A stretch of DNA of 64,000 nucleotides from Phycisphaerae bacterium (GTDB lineage Bacteria; Planctomycetota; Phycisphaerae; UBA1845; Fen-1342). The position numbers were made by a program, and so were the translations under genes. Below, piece after piece: positions 1 through 11,195 of this stretch (the first letter of the stretch is position 1; every line of letters begins with the position of its first letter). The stretch lies in NCBI GenBank assembly GCA_963675745.2, contig CAXXWX010000004.1, positions 52,964 through 116,963 on the forward strand, in the 5' to 3' direction. The notes below the pieces were generated by a model. That model was not told the DNA's origin. It worked only from the letters and a program-made list of their open reading frames with translations, and searched no databases.

Positions 1-1110
1 GCACGCCGTCGTTGTCGTTATCGCTGTCGCAGACGTCTCCGAGGCCATCGTCGTCGCGGTCGGCCTGGTCGGGGTTGGCCACGGTGGGGCAGTTGTCCAC
101 TACATCCGCGAAACCATCGCCGTCACTGTCATCGTCGCACTCGTCGCCGATACCGTCCTCATCCAGGTCGGTCTGCGCGGGGTTATAGGCCAACGGGCAG
201 ATGTCCACGTCGTCCGGGACGCCGTCGTTGTCGTCATCGGTATCGCAAACGTCACCTTCGCCGTCGTCATCGTTGTCCGCCTGGTCGGTGTTGGCGGTCA
301 GCGGGCAGTTGTCGATGTTATCCGCAACACCGTCCGCGTCGTCGTCATCGTCGCAGGCGTCGCCCAGGCCATCCAGGTCCGTATCCACTTGAGTGGCGTT
401 GGCGGTCAACGGGCAATTGTCGTCGGTGTCGGCGATCGTGTCGTTATCGTCATCGTCATCGCACAGGTCGCCGATACCGTCCCGTTCGTTGTCTTCCTGA
501 TTGGGATTCACAACGAGCGGGCAATTGTCGGCGGCGTTGGTTACGCCGTCGTTGTCGCTGTCGGTGTCACAGGGATCGCCGATGCCGTCGCCATCCGTAT
601 CGGATTGATCCAAGGCGGCAAAATCCGGGCAGTTGTCACAGGCGTCGCCGATGGTGTCCCCATCGTGGTCAGTCTGATCGATGTTGCCGACGAGCGGGCA
701 GTTATCGCAGGCGTCCCCCAGATCGTCGTTGTCGGAATTCACCTGGTCGGCATTGGGCGTAGCGATGCAGTTATCGACATCATCGAGCACGCCGTCGTTA
801 TCCACGTCGAAGTCACACACGTCGCCTTCGCCGTCGTCATCCGCGTCCGCCTGGTCCGTATTCGCGTGCTGCGGACAGTTGTCGCAGGCGTCGCCGACAG
901 TGTCACTATCGGTGTCGGTCTGATCCACGTTGGCGGTTTCGGGGCAGTTATCGCAGGTACTGATGATCCCGTCCCCATCGGTATCCAATGCGGGATTGTC
1001 GGCGATATCGCACTCGTCGATGATGCCGTTGCCGTTGCAGTCGCCGCACCATGGTGACCCATCGCAGTTGGCCAGATCGTTCGGATCGTGAATGTCGTTG
1101 GCATTACAGT
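1..1110 (-). repeat. Coding array of roughly ten thrombospondin type-3 (DNCP...DQ.D.D.DG.GDACD) repeats
   Basis: Recurrent + strand 'gggcagttgtc' / 'gtcgtcatcgtcgcag' motifs; Asp/Cys-rich translation on the minus strand. Confidence 0.85.
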
Positions 1111-2650
1111 CGGTGATGATCTGGATCCCGAGATCCTCCTCGGTAGTCACGCTGATCTGGTTCCTGACCTTGACGGTCAGTTGAATGATCGCCGGTGCCA
1201 GCGGATCGGTATCCAGTTCGTATTCATAGTGCAGTGAGTCGACGGCGGTCATCTCTGCTTCTTTCACACCGTCGATGAACAGCTCGACGCTGGTCTGCTC
1301 CCAGTAGTCCTGGACCGTGGCAGTGATGGTCACGGTGCCGTTGACGCGTGGCGGCGTGTATGAATCGTCCATCGGTGTGGCGCTGATGGTCAGCTCGACC
1401 GGTTTGTTGGGTGCGTTGTAGTTATACATGAGCTGGTCTGACTGCCCGCACGGGCCGGACGGACAATAGAAGGCGTCCATCGATACCCAGCCGGTGTGAG
1501 ATTCGTAATTGACGTGGTACTTGCGACCGCCACCGACATCACTCCATCCGTCGCAGACGAAGGCGTGACGCTTTCCGGTTGCGTCTTCCAACCGGTAGAA
1601 GATCGGACGGTTGACATTGATCTCGTCCTTGATGTAGCCAAACCACGTATCCGGGTCCGCGGTGCCCGAGCGCGTCCGCTCCAGCGCGAAGGCGTAGAAA
1701 TCGAAGTTGTCCTTGAAGCGCCCCGGTGCGTTGGCCGGCTGCGAGTCAGTGAAGCACACACCGAAATCCGCTTCCAACGCCACCGCTATCTCGTAGCACA
1801 ACTCACCTACCGCATCTTTCTCGGCCTGCGAACTGCCCGTGGTCAGCTCATCCGGCATATTGGCGTAGTCGAACGGTGTGGCCAGATCCACACTGAGCGG
1901 GCCGGCGCCGGTCGAGTGTCCGGCGTCACACGAATTGTCCCCGTCCCAATTGTGATCGGTCGACGCTCCATTGCGGTTGGTCCCTTGCGCGGGCCATTCG
2001 TGGAAGCGCATGATCTGGGCCATCGAGATTGCCGCCGAACCCAGCAGCGTCCGCCCACCGTCGCCATTGGGGCACAGGGCGTTGTATGGATCGTCCTGCA
2101 TCCACGTGGTGGTCAACAGCGGCCCCACCTCGGCCGCCCTCCCCGTGAGTCGCTGCTGGAACCGCTGCGGGTCGTACAGGAGCGTGTTCCACTCCTGACG
2201 ATTACCGGGATCCAGCATTGGCTGACCGCGTTGCGGTTGCGGCGTATCGATGCTGCCGTATTGGTCGATGTAGGAATCGATGCGGCTCTTGAGTTCGTTG
2301 CGCAGCATGGTCTCAAAGCCTGCGGTTCCGTAAACGTCGAGATTGCTCGTGTCGGAGTAGGCCTTGACCGGTGGCAGTTCCATCAGCGCCGGTACGACGA
2401 CATAACCGCGCGGGGCAATGTGAAAGCAGCGCCCCACCAACCGGCCGTCAACGACGATGTCATCGAGTCCGCGCACCGTCGGCGTTGTGTCCCCGGCCCA
2501 AGCGCCATGCTGGTACACCATGAGCGTCAGCCAGTTCTGACAGACTGTCTCCATCTGGTCCAGAGTTGCCGCGTCTGCCGACGCGCGCGGCGCTGCGTGC
2601 ATCACGAAACATAGCGACAGGACGACCGCGAGGATGGTGGTTGTGCGCAC
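1..2650 (-). CDS. Secreted C10 (streptopain)-like peptidase homologue with Ig-like domain and thrombospondin type-3 Ca-binding repeats; 3' end runs off the window
   Basis: Not in the ORF track because there is no stop in the window. Hand translation: GTG start at 2650 with AAGGAG RBS; signal peptide; VGPLLTTTWMQDDPYNALCP..GSAAISMAQIMRFHEWP; RPIFY..RHAFVCDGW; NGTVTITATV..VELFIDG; then DNCP..N.DQ.D.D.DG.GD.CD repeats, all in one frame. Confidence 0.88.
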   Translation of the reverse strand, partial: MRTTTILAVVLSLCFVMHAAPRASADAATLDQMETVCQNWLTLMVYQHGAWAGDTTPTVRGLDDIVVDGRLVGRCFHIAPRGYVVVPALMELPPVKAYSDTSNLDVYGTAGFETMLRNELKSRIDSYIDQYGSIDTPQPQRGQPMLDPGNRQEWNTLLYDPQRFQQRLTGRAAEVGPLLTTTWMQDDPYNALCPNGDGGRTLLGSAAISMAQIMRFHEWPAQGTNRNGASTDHNWDGDNSCDAGHSTGAGPLSVDLATPFDYANMPDELTTGSSQAEKDAVGELCYEIAVALEADFGVCFTDSQPANAPGRFKDNFDFYAFALERTRSGTADPDTWFGYIKDEINVNRPIFYRLEDATGKRHAFVCDGWSDVGGGRKYHVNYESHTGWVSMDAFYCPSGPCGQSDQLMYNYNAPNKPVELTISATPMDDSYTPPRVNGTVTITATVQDYWEQTSVELFIDGVKEAEMTAVDSLHYEYELDTDPLAPAIIQLTVKVRNQISVTTEEDLGIQIITDCNANDIHDPNDLANCDGSPWCGDCNGNGIIDECDIADNPALDTDGDGIISTCDNCPETANVDQTDTDSDTVGDACDNCPQHANTDQADADDDGEGDVCDFDVDNDGVLDDVDNCIATPNADQVNSDNDDLGDACDNCPLVGNIDQTDHDGDTIGDACDNCPDFAALDQSDTDGDGIGDPCDTDSDNDGVTNAADNCPLVVNPNQEDNERDGIGDLCDDDDDNDTIADTDDNCPLTANATQVDTDLDGLGDACDDDDDADGVADNIDNCPLTANTDQADNDDDGEGDVCDTDDDNDGVPDDVDICPLAYNPAQTDLDEDGIGDECDDDSDGDGFADVVDNCPTVANPDQADRDDDGLGDVCDSDNDNDGV

Positions 2651-2997
2651 GAAATTCTCCTTTGCAACCTGGCCCGCGCCCGGACCGTTGACGGTGGGAC
2701 GGCGTCAGTGCGGCACCCCCAACTGCCTCCCGCAGCTCAATATATTGGGTCGCAAACTTCGCGTCCAGACTGATCCGGCGCTGGACCGGCGTCGGGTGCA
2801 GTCTTGCGGGCGAGTTGCCCGGTGCGAAACCCGGATCTCGGCCGACAATGAGCGGACCCCCTATGATCTGTTGCCACGCGTGCTACGCGTGCTACGCGCG
2901 CCACGCTCACGCTGGTACGATGCAGCCCGCACAGACGGCCATCTGCTGGTCGAGCGCGCGCGGGACATGGCCAACCAGGGATGTGGAGATACGACGA

Positions 2998-5709
2998 ATG
3001 GCGGCAACCATCGATAGATTCGAGGCTTACACAACACTCATTACCCAGGGCGGCCCCGTCGGCATCTATCGGCTCGCAGCACTTGAGGATGCCCGCCTGA
3101 CCAGGCTCGCCACGTTGCCCTACTCGATTCGAGTCCTGCTCGAAGCCGTACTGCGCAATGTCGATGGCTTTTCCGTACTCGAAGATCACGTCAAAGCACT
3201 CGCCGCTTTCGACCCCCAAAATGTCGGCGAGCAGGAGATACCGTTCAAACCGGCGCGCGTCGTTCTGCAAGACTTCACCGGCGTGCCGGCCCTGGTCGAT
3301 CTGGCAGCCATGCGCTCGGCGATGCAGCGGCTGGGCGGCGATCCGGCTAGGATTAACCCACAAATACCCGCCGACCTGGTAATTGACCACTCGGTGCAGG
3401 TCGACCATTTCGGCAGCCCTCAGGCACTGGGGCTTAATGCCGAGATCGAGTTCAGCCGGAATCGCGAGCGCTATGAGTTCCTCCGCTGGGGGCAGAACGC
3501 GTTCAACAGCTTCCGCGTCGTCCCCCCCGCGACGGGCATCATTCACCAGGTAAACCTGGAGTACCTCGCACAAGTGGTCGTGCGCCGCGACGTCGGCGGG
3601 AGAACGCTGGCCCTGCCCGATACGCTGGTCGGCACCGACAGCCACACAACCATGATCAACGGGCTCGGCGTGGTCGGCTGGGGGGTCGGCGGCATCGAGG
3701 CCGAGGCCGCCATGTTGGGCCAGCCGCTCTATATGCTCATCCCCGAGGTCATCGGATTCCGCCTCACCGGCGAGATGCCCGAGGGGGCCACAGCCACCGA
3801 CCTCGTCCTGCGCGTAACCGAGTTGCTGCGGGCGCACGGCGTTGTGGGCAAGTTCGTCGAGTTCTACGGGACCGGGCTGGCCGAACTGAGCCTGGCCGAC
3901 CGGGCGACAATTGCCAACATGGCCCCGGAATATGGCGCCACGATGGGTTTCTTCCCGGTCGATGACCGCACGCTCGAATACCTGCGCCTGACCGGGCGGT
4001 CGGCCGACACGGTCGATCTGGTCGAGCGCTACTGCAAAGAGCAGGGGCTTTTCCGCACGTCCGACAGCCCGAATCCAAACTACACCGACACGCTTTCGCT
4101 CGATATCAGCACGATTGAGCCCGCTTTGGCCGGGCCCAAGCGCCCACAAGACCGCGTTGCGCTGCGCGAGATGAAGTCCACGTTCAATGCGGCGCTGGGC
4201 GCGCCGGTCAAACAGCGCGGCTTCAATCTCAGTGACGAGGACCGGCAACACACCGCGGATGTGACCATCGACGGCGTTACCAGCACGCTGCGGCATGGTT
4301 CGGTCGTCATCGCCGCTGTGACAAGCTGCACAAACACAAGCAACCCGGCGGTAATGCTGGCGGCCGGACTGGTGGCGAAAAAGGCCGTCGAGAAGGGGCT
4401 CAAGGTCAAACCGTGGGTCAAAACCAGCCTCGCCCCCGGATCGCGGGTCGTCACGGACTATCTCGACAAGGCCGGCCTGACGACCGCGCTCGACCAACTG
4501 GGATTCCAGACGGTCGGCTACGGCTGCACGACCTGTATCGGTAACAGCGGGCCGCTGCCCGACCCGATTCGTGACGGCATCCAGCGCGCGGGCCTGGTAG
4601 CCTCGTCGGTACTGAGCGGGAATCGCAATTTCGAGGGGCGTGTGAGCCCGCATGTCAGGGCCAATTACCTCGCCTCGCCTCCACTGGTCATCGCGTACGC
4701 GATCGCCGGCACGACCGACATCGACTTGACGACCGAGCCGCTGGCTGAGGATTCAGGCGGCAAGCCCGTCTATTTGAAGGACGTCTGGCCGACCGCGCGG
4801 GAGGTGCTGGACACGGTCGCCCGCTGCGTCACGCCGGAGATGTTCACAAAACGCTATGCAGATGTCTTCAAGGGCAGCGATCAGTGGCAACGGATTGAGG
4901 CTGGCGCTGATCCCGCCTATCAATGGCGTGACGACAGCACATATATTCAGGAGCCGCCATTCTTCAGCGATCTGAAGCGCGAGCCGGACCCGATCCAGGG
5001 CCTGGCCGGCGCTCGTTGCCTGGTCATGGTTGGTGACAGCACGACCACCGACCACATCAGCCCCGCCGGCCCGATCGCGCCGGATTCGCCCGCGGGCGCG
5101 TATCTCCAGCAAAACGGCGTGAAACCGGCGGATTTCAACAGCTACGGCTCACGCCGCGGCAACGATCGCGTAATGACGCGCGGCACCTTTGCCAACATCA
5201 GGCTGCGCAATCTGCTGGCGCCGGGCACGGAGGGGGGTATCACGATCCACTTGCCCAGTGGTGAGCAGATGCCGGTCTACGACGCGGCCATGAAATACCG
5301 TCAGGCCGGCACGCCGCTGATCGTGCTCGGCGGGAAGGACTACGGTATGGGCTCGAGCCGCGACTGGGCCGCCAAGGGCACGCTGCTGCTGGGCGTGCGG
5401 GCCGTGATCGCCGAGAGCTTCGAGCGCATCCACCGCACCAACCTGGTCTGCATGGGCGTGCTGCCGCTGGAGTTCAAGGCGGGCCAGACGCGTGATTCAC
5501 TGTCTCTGACCGGCCACGAGATGTTCGATATCCCTGATCTGAACGACGATCTGCACGCGGGCCAGGAGCTGACCGTGGTGGCCAGCGACCCGGATAGTGG
5601 CCAGAGGAGCGAGTTCGTGTGCCGCTGCCGCATCGACACCCCGATCGAGGTGGACTACTACCGACACGGCGGCGTGCTCCAGGCGGTGCTGCGCGGGATG
5701 CTGGACTAG
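2998..5709 (+). CDS. acnA: Aconitate hydratase A
   Basis: [67 protein letters not shown] 2998 with GGAG upstream. Confidence 0.97.
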   Translation: MAATIDRFEAYTTLITQGGPVGIYRLAALEDARLTRLATLPYSIRVLLEAVLRNVDGFSVLEDHVKALAAFDPQNVGEQEIPFKPARVVLQDFTGVPALVDLAAMRSAMQRLGGDPARINPQIPADLVIDHSVQVDHFGSPQALGLNAEIEFSRNRERYEFLRWGQNAFNSFRVVPPATGIIHQVNLEYLAQVVVRRDVGGRTLALPDTLVGTDSHTTMINGLGVVGWGVGGIEAEAAMLGQPLYMLIPEVIGFRLTGEMPEGATATDLVLRVTELLRAHGVVGKFVEFYGTGLAELSLADRATIANMAPEYGATMGFFPVDDRTLEYLRLTGRSADTVDLVERYCKEQGLFRTSDSPNPNYTDTLSLDISTIEPALAGPKRPQDRVALREMKSTFNAALGAPVKQRGFNLSDEDRQHTADVTIDGVTSTLRHGSVVIAAVTSCTNTSNPAVMLAAGLVAKKAVEKGLKVKPWVKTSLAPGSRVVTDYLDKAGLTTALDQLGFQTVGYGCTTCIGNSGPLPDPIRDGIQRAGLVASSVLSGNRNFEGRVSPHVRANYLASPPLVIAYAIAGTTDIDLTTEPLAEDSGGKPVYLKDVWPTAREVLDTVARCVTPEMFTKRYADVFKGSDQWQRIEAGADPAYQWRDDSTYIQEPPFFSDLKREPDPIQGLAGARCLVMVGDSTTTDHISPAGPIAPDSPAGAYLQQNGVKPADFNSYGSRRGNDRVMTRGTFANIRLRNLLAPGTEGGITIHLPSGEQMPVYDAAMKYRQAGTPLIVLGGKDYGMGSSRDWAAKGTLLLGVRAVIAESFERIHRTNLVCMGVLPLEFKAGQTRDSLSLTGHEMFDIPDLNDDLHAGQELTVVASDPDSGQRSEFVCRCRIDTPIEVDYYRHGGVLQAVLRGMLD

Positions 5710-6013
5710 TGCCGATTTACGGGCGTTATGCACGATAAGTGGTGCGGACGGGGTTTCCGGCGCGGCCGCTCAAGCTGCCGATCCTGCGTCCCGCCCCCCT
5801 TGGCAACCGCGGATCAAACACTTATGATCCTCGGGCCTTATAGAGCGTTGCACGCCGTCTCACGTGGGTCGCCTGACCGCGGGGGGTGGTGTGTGCAGTG
5901 GACTTCAGGCGGCCGCGCCCAATGGGCGGCGTGGCTGGGAGTGGTGGCAGGTACGCGAACCTGGTCAGCGGCACGAGTGTCGCCGCGTCCGGGTCGCAGC
6001 GGAGGATCGGCTC

Positions 6014-6271
6014 GTGCCGGAATTGGCTGAAATCGAGACCAAGGTCAAAAAGATCGTCAGTGAGCAGATGAACGTCGCCGAGGATGAGATCTCACGCGAG
6101 ACCTCATTCGTTAACGATCTGAACGCCGACTCGCTCGACACCGTCGAACTCGTCATGGAGCTCGAGGACGAGTTCGAGTTGAGTATTCCCGATGATGAGG
6201 CGGAAAAAATCCAGACCGTCGGCGAGGCGATCGACTACATCAAGAAGCACCTAGACAGCGCCGGCTCCTAG
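6014..6271 (+). CDS. acpP: Acyl carrier protein
   Basis: [25 protein letters not shown] at 6001 precedes GTG 6014; directly upstream of fabF. Confidence 0.95.
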   Translation: MPELAEIETKVKKIVSEQMNVAEDEISRETSFVNDLNADSLDTVELVMELEDEFELSIPDDEAEKIQTVGEAIDYIKKHLDSAGS

Positions 6272-6292
6272 GCGCACTGACGGGAACGACTG

Positions 6293-7531
6293 ATGACCGA
6301 TCGGCGAGTCGTCGTCACGGGTATGGGTGCAATCACTCCCGTCGGCGCTAATGTTGCGGCCACCTGGGATGCGCTGGTCTCAGGGCAGAGCGGCGTGACT
6401 ACGATCACGCACTTCGATGCGACGCCATTTGACGTTCGCATCGGCGGCGAATGCCACGATTTCGACCCCTTCGAATACATGGATCAGCGGCTCCTCAAGC
6501 GGATGGACCGCTTTGCACAGTTGGCCTATGCCGCCGGCAAGGTCGCATTTGCCGACTCCGGGCTGGTGGCCGGCAGCTACGATCCGGCGCGCGCGGGCGT
6601 TGTCTCCGCCGCCGGAATCGGCGGCCTCCAGGAAATCGAAAACCAACACCGGCGTCTGCTGGACAAGGGGCCGGGCAAGGTCTCGGCCTTCACGATCCCC
6701 AAGCTGATGGCGAATGCGGTCGCCGGTCACCTGTCGATCCTGCTTAATTTCCAGGGCGTCAATACCACGGTTGTCACCGCCTGCGCATCGGCGGGCAACG
6801 CGATGGGCGATGCTTACAAGGCGATTCGTTACAACATCGCCGACATCGTCATGACCGGTGGCTCTGAGGCGGCGGTCACCCCGCTCGGCATCAGCGCATT
6901 TGCGGCGATGAAGGCGCTCAGCACGCGCAACGACGATCCGCCGGCCGCCTCGCGGCCCTGGGACAAGGATCGCGACGGCTTTATCCTCGGCGAGGGAGCC
7001 GGACTGCTGGTGTTTGAGGAGTATGAACACGCCCGGGCGCGCGGCGCGCGGATTTACGCCGAGGTCCTGGGTTTCGGTGCCACGGGGGATGCCAGCGACA
7101 TGGTCCAGCCTGATCCGGCGGGCAAGGGCGCCGCCCGTGCGATGCGTGCCGCGCTTGACGACGCTGGCATCAACGCCGAAGACATCGATTACATCAACGC
7201 TCACGGCACCAGCACGCCGCTGGGCGATATTGCTGAGACTCGCGCGATCAAGGCGGTTTTCGGGCCCCATGCCAGCAAGCTGGCGATCAGCAGCACCAAG
7301 AGCTGCATCGGACATCTGCTGGGTGCCAGTGGCGGCGTCGAGGCGATCGCCACGCTGCTGACGATTCAGAACAAGACCATCCCGCCCACGATCAACCTCG
7401 ATAACCCGGACGACGAGTGCGATCTCGACTACGTCCCCCACACGGCCCGCGACGCCAAGGTCAGCACCGCCATGAGCAACTCATTCGGCTTCGGCGGCCA
7501 CAACGCATGCCTGGTGTTCAGGGGGGTTTAG
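6293..7531 (+). CDS. fabF: 3-oxoacyl-ACP synthase II
   Basis: RRVVVTGMG, TACASA, NAHGTST, KSCIGHLLGA, SNSFGFGGHN. Confidence 0.96.
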   Translation: MTDRRVVVTGMGAITPVGANVAATWDALVSGQSGVTTITHFDATPFDVRIGGECHDFDPFEYMDQRLLKRMDRFAQLAYAAGKVAFADSGLVAGSYDPARAGVVSAAGIGGLQEIENQHRRLLDKGPGKVSAFTIPKLMANAVAGHLSILLNFQGVNTTVVTACASAGNAMGDAYKAIRYNIADIVMTGGSEAAVTPLGISAFAAMKALSTRNDDPPAASRPWDKDRDGFILGEGAGLLVFEEYEHARARGARIYAEVLGFGATGDASDMVQPDPAGKGAARAMRAALDDAGINAEDIDYINAHGTSTPLGDIAETRAIKAVFGPHASKLAISSTKSCIGHLLGASGGVEAIATLLTIQNKTIPPTINLDNPDDECDLDYVPHTARDAKVSTAMSNSFGFGGHNACLVFRGV

Positions 7532-7552
7532 AGCATTCTCGGAAACGAACCG

Positions 7553-7576
7553 GTGTGCCACTGCTCTCGAGCAGTG
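7553..7576. repeat. REP-like palindrome (GTGTGCCAC family)
   Basis: GTGTGCCACTGCTCTCGAGCAGTG; related copies at 43242-43266 and 57563-57635. Confidence 0.55.
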
Positions 7577-7674
7577 CGGTTTCGATGCGCAGTTCACTGC
7601 GCGCGTGCGACGCGCAGGCGCGGCTTCTTTTGCCAGGTACCTCGGCCAGCGATGAAGCACTCTGAGCCGAGCCC

Positions 7675-8250
7675 TCACCACCCCACGCCGACGCTTACCG
7701 GGCCGATGCCTACGCCTACGCCGATGTGAACGCGGCGGTGGTGGGGTTTCTTGAACTTGATCTTTTTGTCTTTGGTTTTCAGTGGCTGGTCGGTTTCGGG
7801 GGCGTAGACCGCAGCGTGGAGACGTAGCTCGTCAGGGTCGTAAAACGAGCGTGGCGGCAGGTCGATCAGCACGCGGGCCTCGAACTCGACCTCGTGGTCG
7901 TCCACGTCACTCGGGCGATCGAGCGGAATCACGATCTCCAGCGGCTGGATTTCCACCTCGTCCAGGCGTTCCGGGTCGCCGCCGTGGCGTCGCGGTGCGG
8001 GTTGCTCCGCCAGTTGCCGGCCGTGCTCGGTGACGAACAGCACCAGGTCCAGTGGCGGGGCCGTATTCGTGCCTTTGACCTCGACCTCATAGCGCACTTC
8101 GAGCACCCACGCCCCATCGAGCCGCAGAAGCTCGCCCTTCAACTCGTCGATCTCGATTTTCGGATGGTCGCCGCGCTCGTGGTCTTTGGCGTGGGCGAAC
8201 GGGGCGGCCAGGATGGCGGCGGCGATCAGCAGGCAGACTTTTCGGCTCAT
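7675..8250 (-). CDS. Hypothetical exported protein
   Basis: Signal peptide MSRKVCLLIAAAILAAPFAHA; GGAG RBS; GC-type codon usage. Confidence 0.7.
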   Translation of the reverse strand: MSRKVCLLIAAAILAAPFAHAKDHERGDHPKIEIDELKGELLRLDGAWVLEVRYEVEVKGTNTAPPLDLVLFVTEHGRQLAEQPAPRRHGGDPERLDEVEIQPLEIVIPLDRPSDVDDHEVEFEARVLIDLPPRSFYDPDELRLHAAVYAPETDQPLKTKDKKIKFKKPHHRRVHIGVGVGIGPVSVGVGW

Positions 8251-8385
8251 GGGAAGCTCCACAACTCGGCTCCGTCGGTTGGTTCCGCATCGTAAGACCC
8301 GCGTGGCGCGAGTAAGTTAGTGCCGGGCAGGGTTGTTCACATGGTGCGGAGTTATCGGCGATCCACGGTCGCCACGGGGCGGCCG

Positions 8386-9666
8386 TTACGGCCTGCGTCG
8401 TGCGCGCGTAGGCAGGCCGGCCCGATGGCGCAGCGAGCCGAGCAGCAGAGCCAGCGCGATCAGCATCGCCAGATGCGCGCCATACAAGCGCGCCGTCGGC
8501 GAGAGCCACGCGAGCATGCCGACCAGCCACAACGCAATCGCCAGCCAACCAAGCCGGCGGCGCAGGCTGCCCAGATTGCGATCGGCCGCCGCCGCCGCCA
8601 GTAGCGCCAGCGCCGGCAGTGCCCAGACCAGGTAGTACTGGCGCAGCAGCGGCGAGCAGAGCAGCATCGCAAGTGCGTAGAGCGCTGCTTCGAGGCGTGC
8701 GCGCCGGCCCGACAGGTCGCGCAACGGACGCCGGGTGGCGGCGATCAAAGCGAGCGCGATCAAACCCAGCCCCCAGCGCGCAGCCAGCCCAGCCCGTGCC
8801 GCGCCGAGCTCAAGTGGTTGCCAGGGCGTGCGATATGGATGTTGCGGATCGAGAGTGCGGGCCGCCACGGCCGTGATTGACTGATTTCGGTGGTCGATGA
8901 AGTGCTCACGCAACTCCGGGGCGACCATCCCGCGCCCGGCGGCCCCCGCAATGTTGTGCTGCCACCACTGTTTGTGATACTCCCAGGTGCGTGCGGGACC
9001 GAACACGGCGAGGCAGGGTGCGAGGACGATCACTATCCCGAGCAGCAGAAACGCCAGTGTGGCTGTCCAGCGGCGTTTGAGCACCAACCAAATGAGAAAG
9101 ACGCCCGGCAACAGCTTTATCGTCGCCGCCAGTCCGAGCAGCGCCCCGCCGCGCCACGAGCGCCCGCGCACGACCGCTTCGGCCCCGGCCAACACCAGCG
9201 CCAGAATCAGAAAGCTGAGCTGATTAAACCGCGCGGCCTCGTATACGACCGGCAGTGCCAGCAATCCCACGATCACCATCACCTGCTCGGCGGTAACATC
9301 CAGCCGTCCGGCGCGGCGCACCCAGCCCAGAAGGATCGCCAGCACCGTGCCCAGCGCGGCGACCTGCATGACAGCCCAGACGACGGCTGCCCCGCGCGGG
9401 CCCAACGCCGCCAGCGGCGCCAGCAGGATTGACACAGTTGGCAGATAAAACGGCAACTGCCGGCGATCTTCGAAGGGGCCCTCATCGATGACCGGATTCA
9501 ATGCGCCGTGGTGCCAGACATACTCGGCGTCTCTGTAGAAATGGTGGAAATCAAACTCGAAGTTCAGCCCGCGCCATAGCGAGACGGCCGCCACGAGTGC
9601 CAGCAGAATGGCACACGTCAGCAGCCACCAATTGCGCCGGGCGGAATGTTCAGCGGTCTGATTCAT
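8386..9666 (-). CDS. GT-C fold membrane glycosyltransferase (GT87/DUF2029-like)
   Basis: N-terminal DFHHFY, FYLP, NQLS, GLAATIKLLPG, NQS motifs; polytopic membrane protein. Confidence 0.8.
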   Translation of the reverse strand: MNQTAEHSARRNWWLLTCAILLALVAAVSLWRGLNFEFDFHHFYRDAEYVWHHGALNPVIDEGPFEDRRQLPFYLPTVSILLAPLAALGPRGAAVVWAVMQVAALGTVLAILLGWVRRAGRLDVTAEQVMVIVGLLALPVVYEAARFNQLSFLILALVLAGAEAVVRGRSWRGGALLGLAATIKLLPGVFLIWLVLKRRWTATLAFLLLGIVIVLAPCLAVFGPARTWEYHKQWWQHNIAGAAGRGMVAPELREHFIDHRNQSITAVAARTLDPQHPYRTPWQPLELGAARAGLAARWGLGLIALALIAATRRPLRDLSGRRARLEAALYALAMLLCSPLLRQYYLVWALPALALLAAAAADRNLGSLRRRLGWLAIALWLVGMLAWLSPTARLYGAHLAMLIALALLLGSLRHRAGLPTRARRRP

Positions 9667-9714
9667 CCGGGTAGTATCTTGTCCACGGTGGCTCGGGCAT
9701 CTCGCCCGAGGTTA

Positions 9715-11127
9715 TCACAGGCGCGACGCCTGTGCCACGTCGGGTTGCGGCAGCGCGCCCGGATCACGGCGCAGCCACAGCAGCACGCCGATGACCGGTA
9801 CACCCAGGAGGAACGTGCCCGCCAGCAATGTGCCGCGGGCTTCCACCGGTTCCAAGGCATCGAAATTGTGCAGCAGCAGCAGCGTGATGTGCAGGCCCAC
9901 CAACAGCGCCAGACACCCGCCGGTCAACCGTGCCCACCAACCGCGGTGACGGGCGTAGTGCAGGCCCGCCGCCAGCAGCGACAATGCAGGAAACGCCAGG
10001 ATCACGTGATACCGCCGCATCACCGGCATAAGCCAGAGCATCGCCAACAGGAACAGTGCCCATTCAAAACGCATCTGCCAGACGCTCAGCTTGCGCGCGG
10101 GCCGGCGTGCCAGCCATATCAGCCCCGCCACGCAGAGTCCGGTCAAAACCGAGTGCAGCGTTGCCAGTGCCGGTAGTGGTAGATTGGCAACGTTGAAGTA
10201 CTGCGGTTTTTCGTCCAGATGCGGCCAGCGCGGATCGTTCTCGAAGCGCGTTGCGTAGCTCGTGCGGTGGAGCCAACGGGTCAGCACGGCGCCCGTGGCC
10301 TGGTTGCGCCAATCCATCTCGCGCTGTTCCAGAATAAGTGCCCGCTGTGAGCTGCCCACCGCGCTGCGACGCACCCAACTGGTGTACTGTGCGGCGGCTC
10401 TTTCCGGCCCGAAGACAATCGTGTCGCTGACCGGGCCGGCCACGATGATGGTCAGCACCGCGATTGCGACAACCCGGAACTCCCGCTTGAGCGCGTACCA
10501 GATCACCAGCAGGGCCGGAGTGAGTTTCAGCAGCACCGCCAAGCCGATCCACAAGCCGGCGGCGTCGCGGTGGCCCTGCCGCCAGTGTACAAAGCTCGCC
10601 ACGATAAGTAGCAGTGTCAGGTTGTTGATCTGGTTCAGGCGAAACTCCCAGGACCACGCCGATACCAGTATCAGGAACGGCACCAATTGCACCACCATCC
10701 AATCCTGCTTCGGCAGGTCCATCAGGTGTTGCCCGACGACTCGCAGCGTGGTCAGCATCATCAGGACGTTGAGGCACAACCAGACGATGCCCGCCACTTG
10801 CGGCGGCAGCAGTGCCGGTATGGTCATCATCCGCGAGACGAACGGGAGATACCACTCGATGGTTCCCCGGCGCTCGATACCTCCGCCGGGGACGCGTTCG
10901 ATACCTCGATCCAGGCTGCCGCGCTCCAGCAGTGTCGCGCCGCCCTTGTAGAAGTACTCGAAATCCGGCTGAACTTCGCGCGCGGCCGGCAATCCCGCCA
11001 TGAACATGTTCAACGCGGCCAGGGCGAAAAACACCCCACATACCCAGCGAATCCAACGCGGGGCGACTCTCGTATCGGGGACGGCGGTGAGCTCGGCCTC
11101 GGGGGTGGCCGATTGGGTCGCGTTCAT
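9715..11127 (-). CDS. GT-C fold membrane glycosyltransferase (GT87/DUF2029-like), paralogue
   Basis: DFEYFY, WYLP, NQIN, GLAVLLKLTP, NQA motifs parallel the neighbouring gene. Confidence 0.8.
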   Translation of the reverse strand: MNATQSATPEAELTAVPDTRVAPRWIRWVCGVFFALAALNMFMAGLPAAREVQPDFEYFYKGGATLLERGSLDRGIERVPGGGIERRGTIEWYLPFVSRMMTIPALLPPQVAGIVWLCLNVLMMLTTLRVVGQHLMDLPKQDWMVVQLVPFLILVSAWSWEFRLNQINNLTLLLIVASFVHWRQGHRDAAGLWIGLAVLLKLTPALLVIWYALKREFRVVAIAVLTIIVAGPVSDTIVFGPERAAAQYTSWVRRSAVGSSQRALILEQREMDWRNQATGAVLTRWLHRTSYATRFENDPRWPHLDEKPQYFNVANLPLPALATLHSVLTGLCVAGLIWLARRPARKLSVWQMRFEWALFLLAMLWLMPVMRRYHVILAFPALSLLAAGLHYARHRGWWARLTGGCLALLVGLHITLLLLHNFDALEPVEARGTLLAGTFLLGVPVIGVLLWLRRDPGALPQPDVAQASRL

Positions 11128-11195
11128 TGGCTGCGATTCTAAGTAGCGGCCGGAGACGTCACAACCGCGACGGGTCGCCGCGGGATCACGGACTG

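Noticed and set aside
389..2614. Plus-strand ORFs 389..1057 and 1496..2614
   Set aside because: Antisense shadows of the minus-strand C10/TSP3 gene; Val/Ile-rich mirror of Asp/Asn codons with no motifs.
2737..4653. 638-aa minus-strand ORF (likewise 44049..46019 and 47745..49115)
   Set aside because: Antisense shadows of acnA, the TPR gene and uvrB, typical of high-GC DNA.
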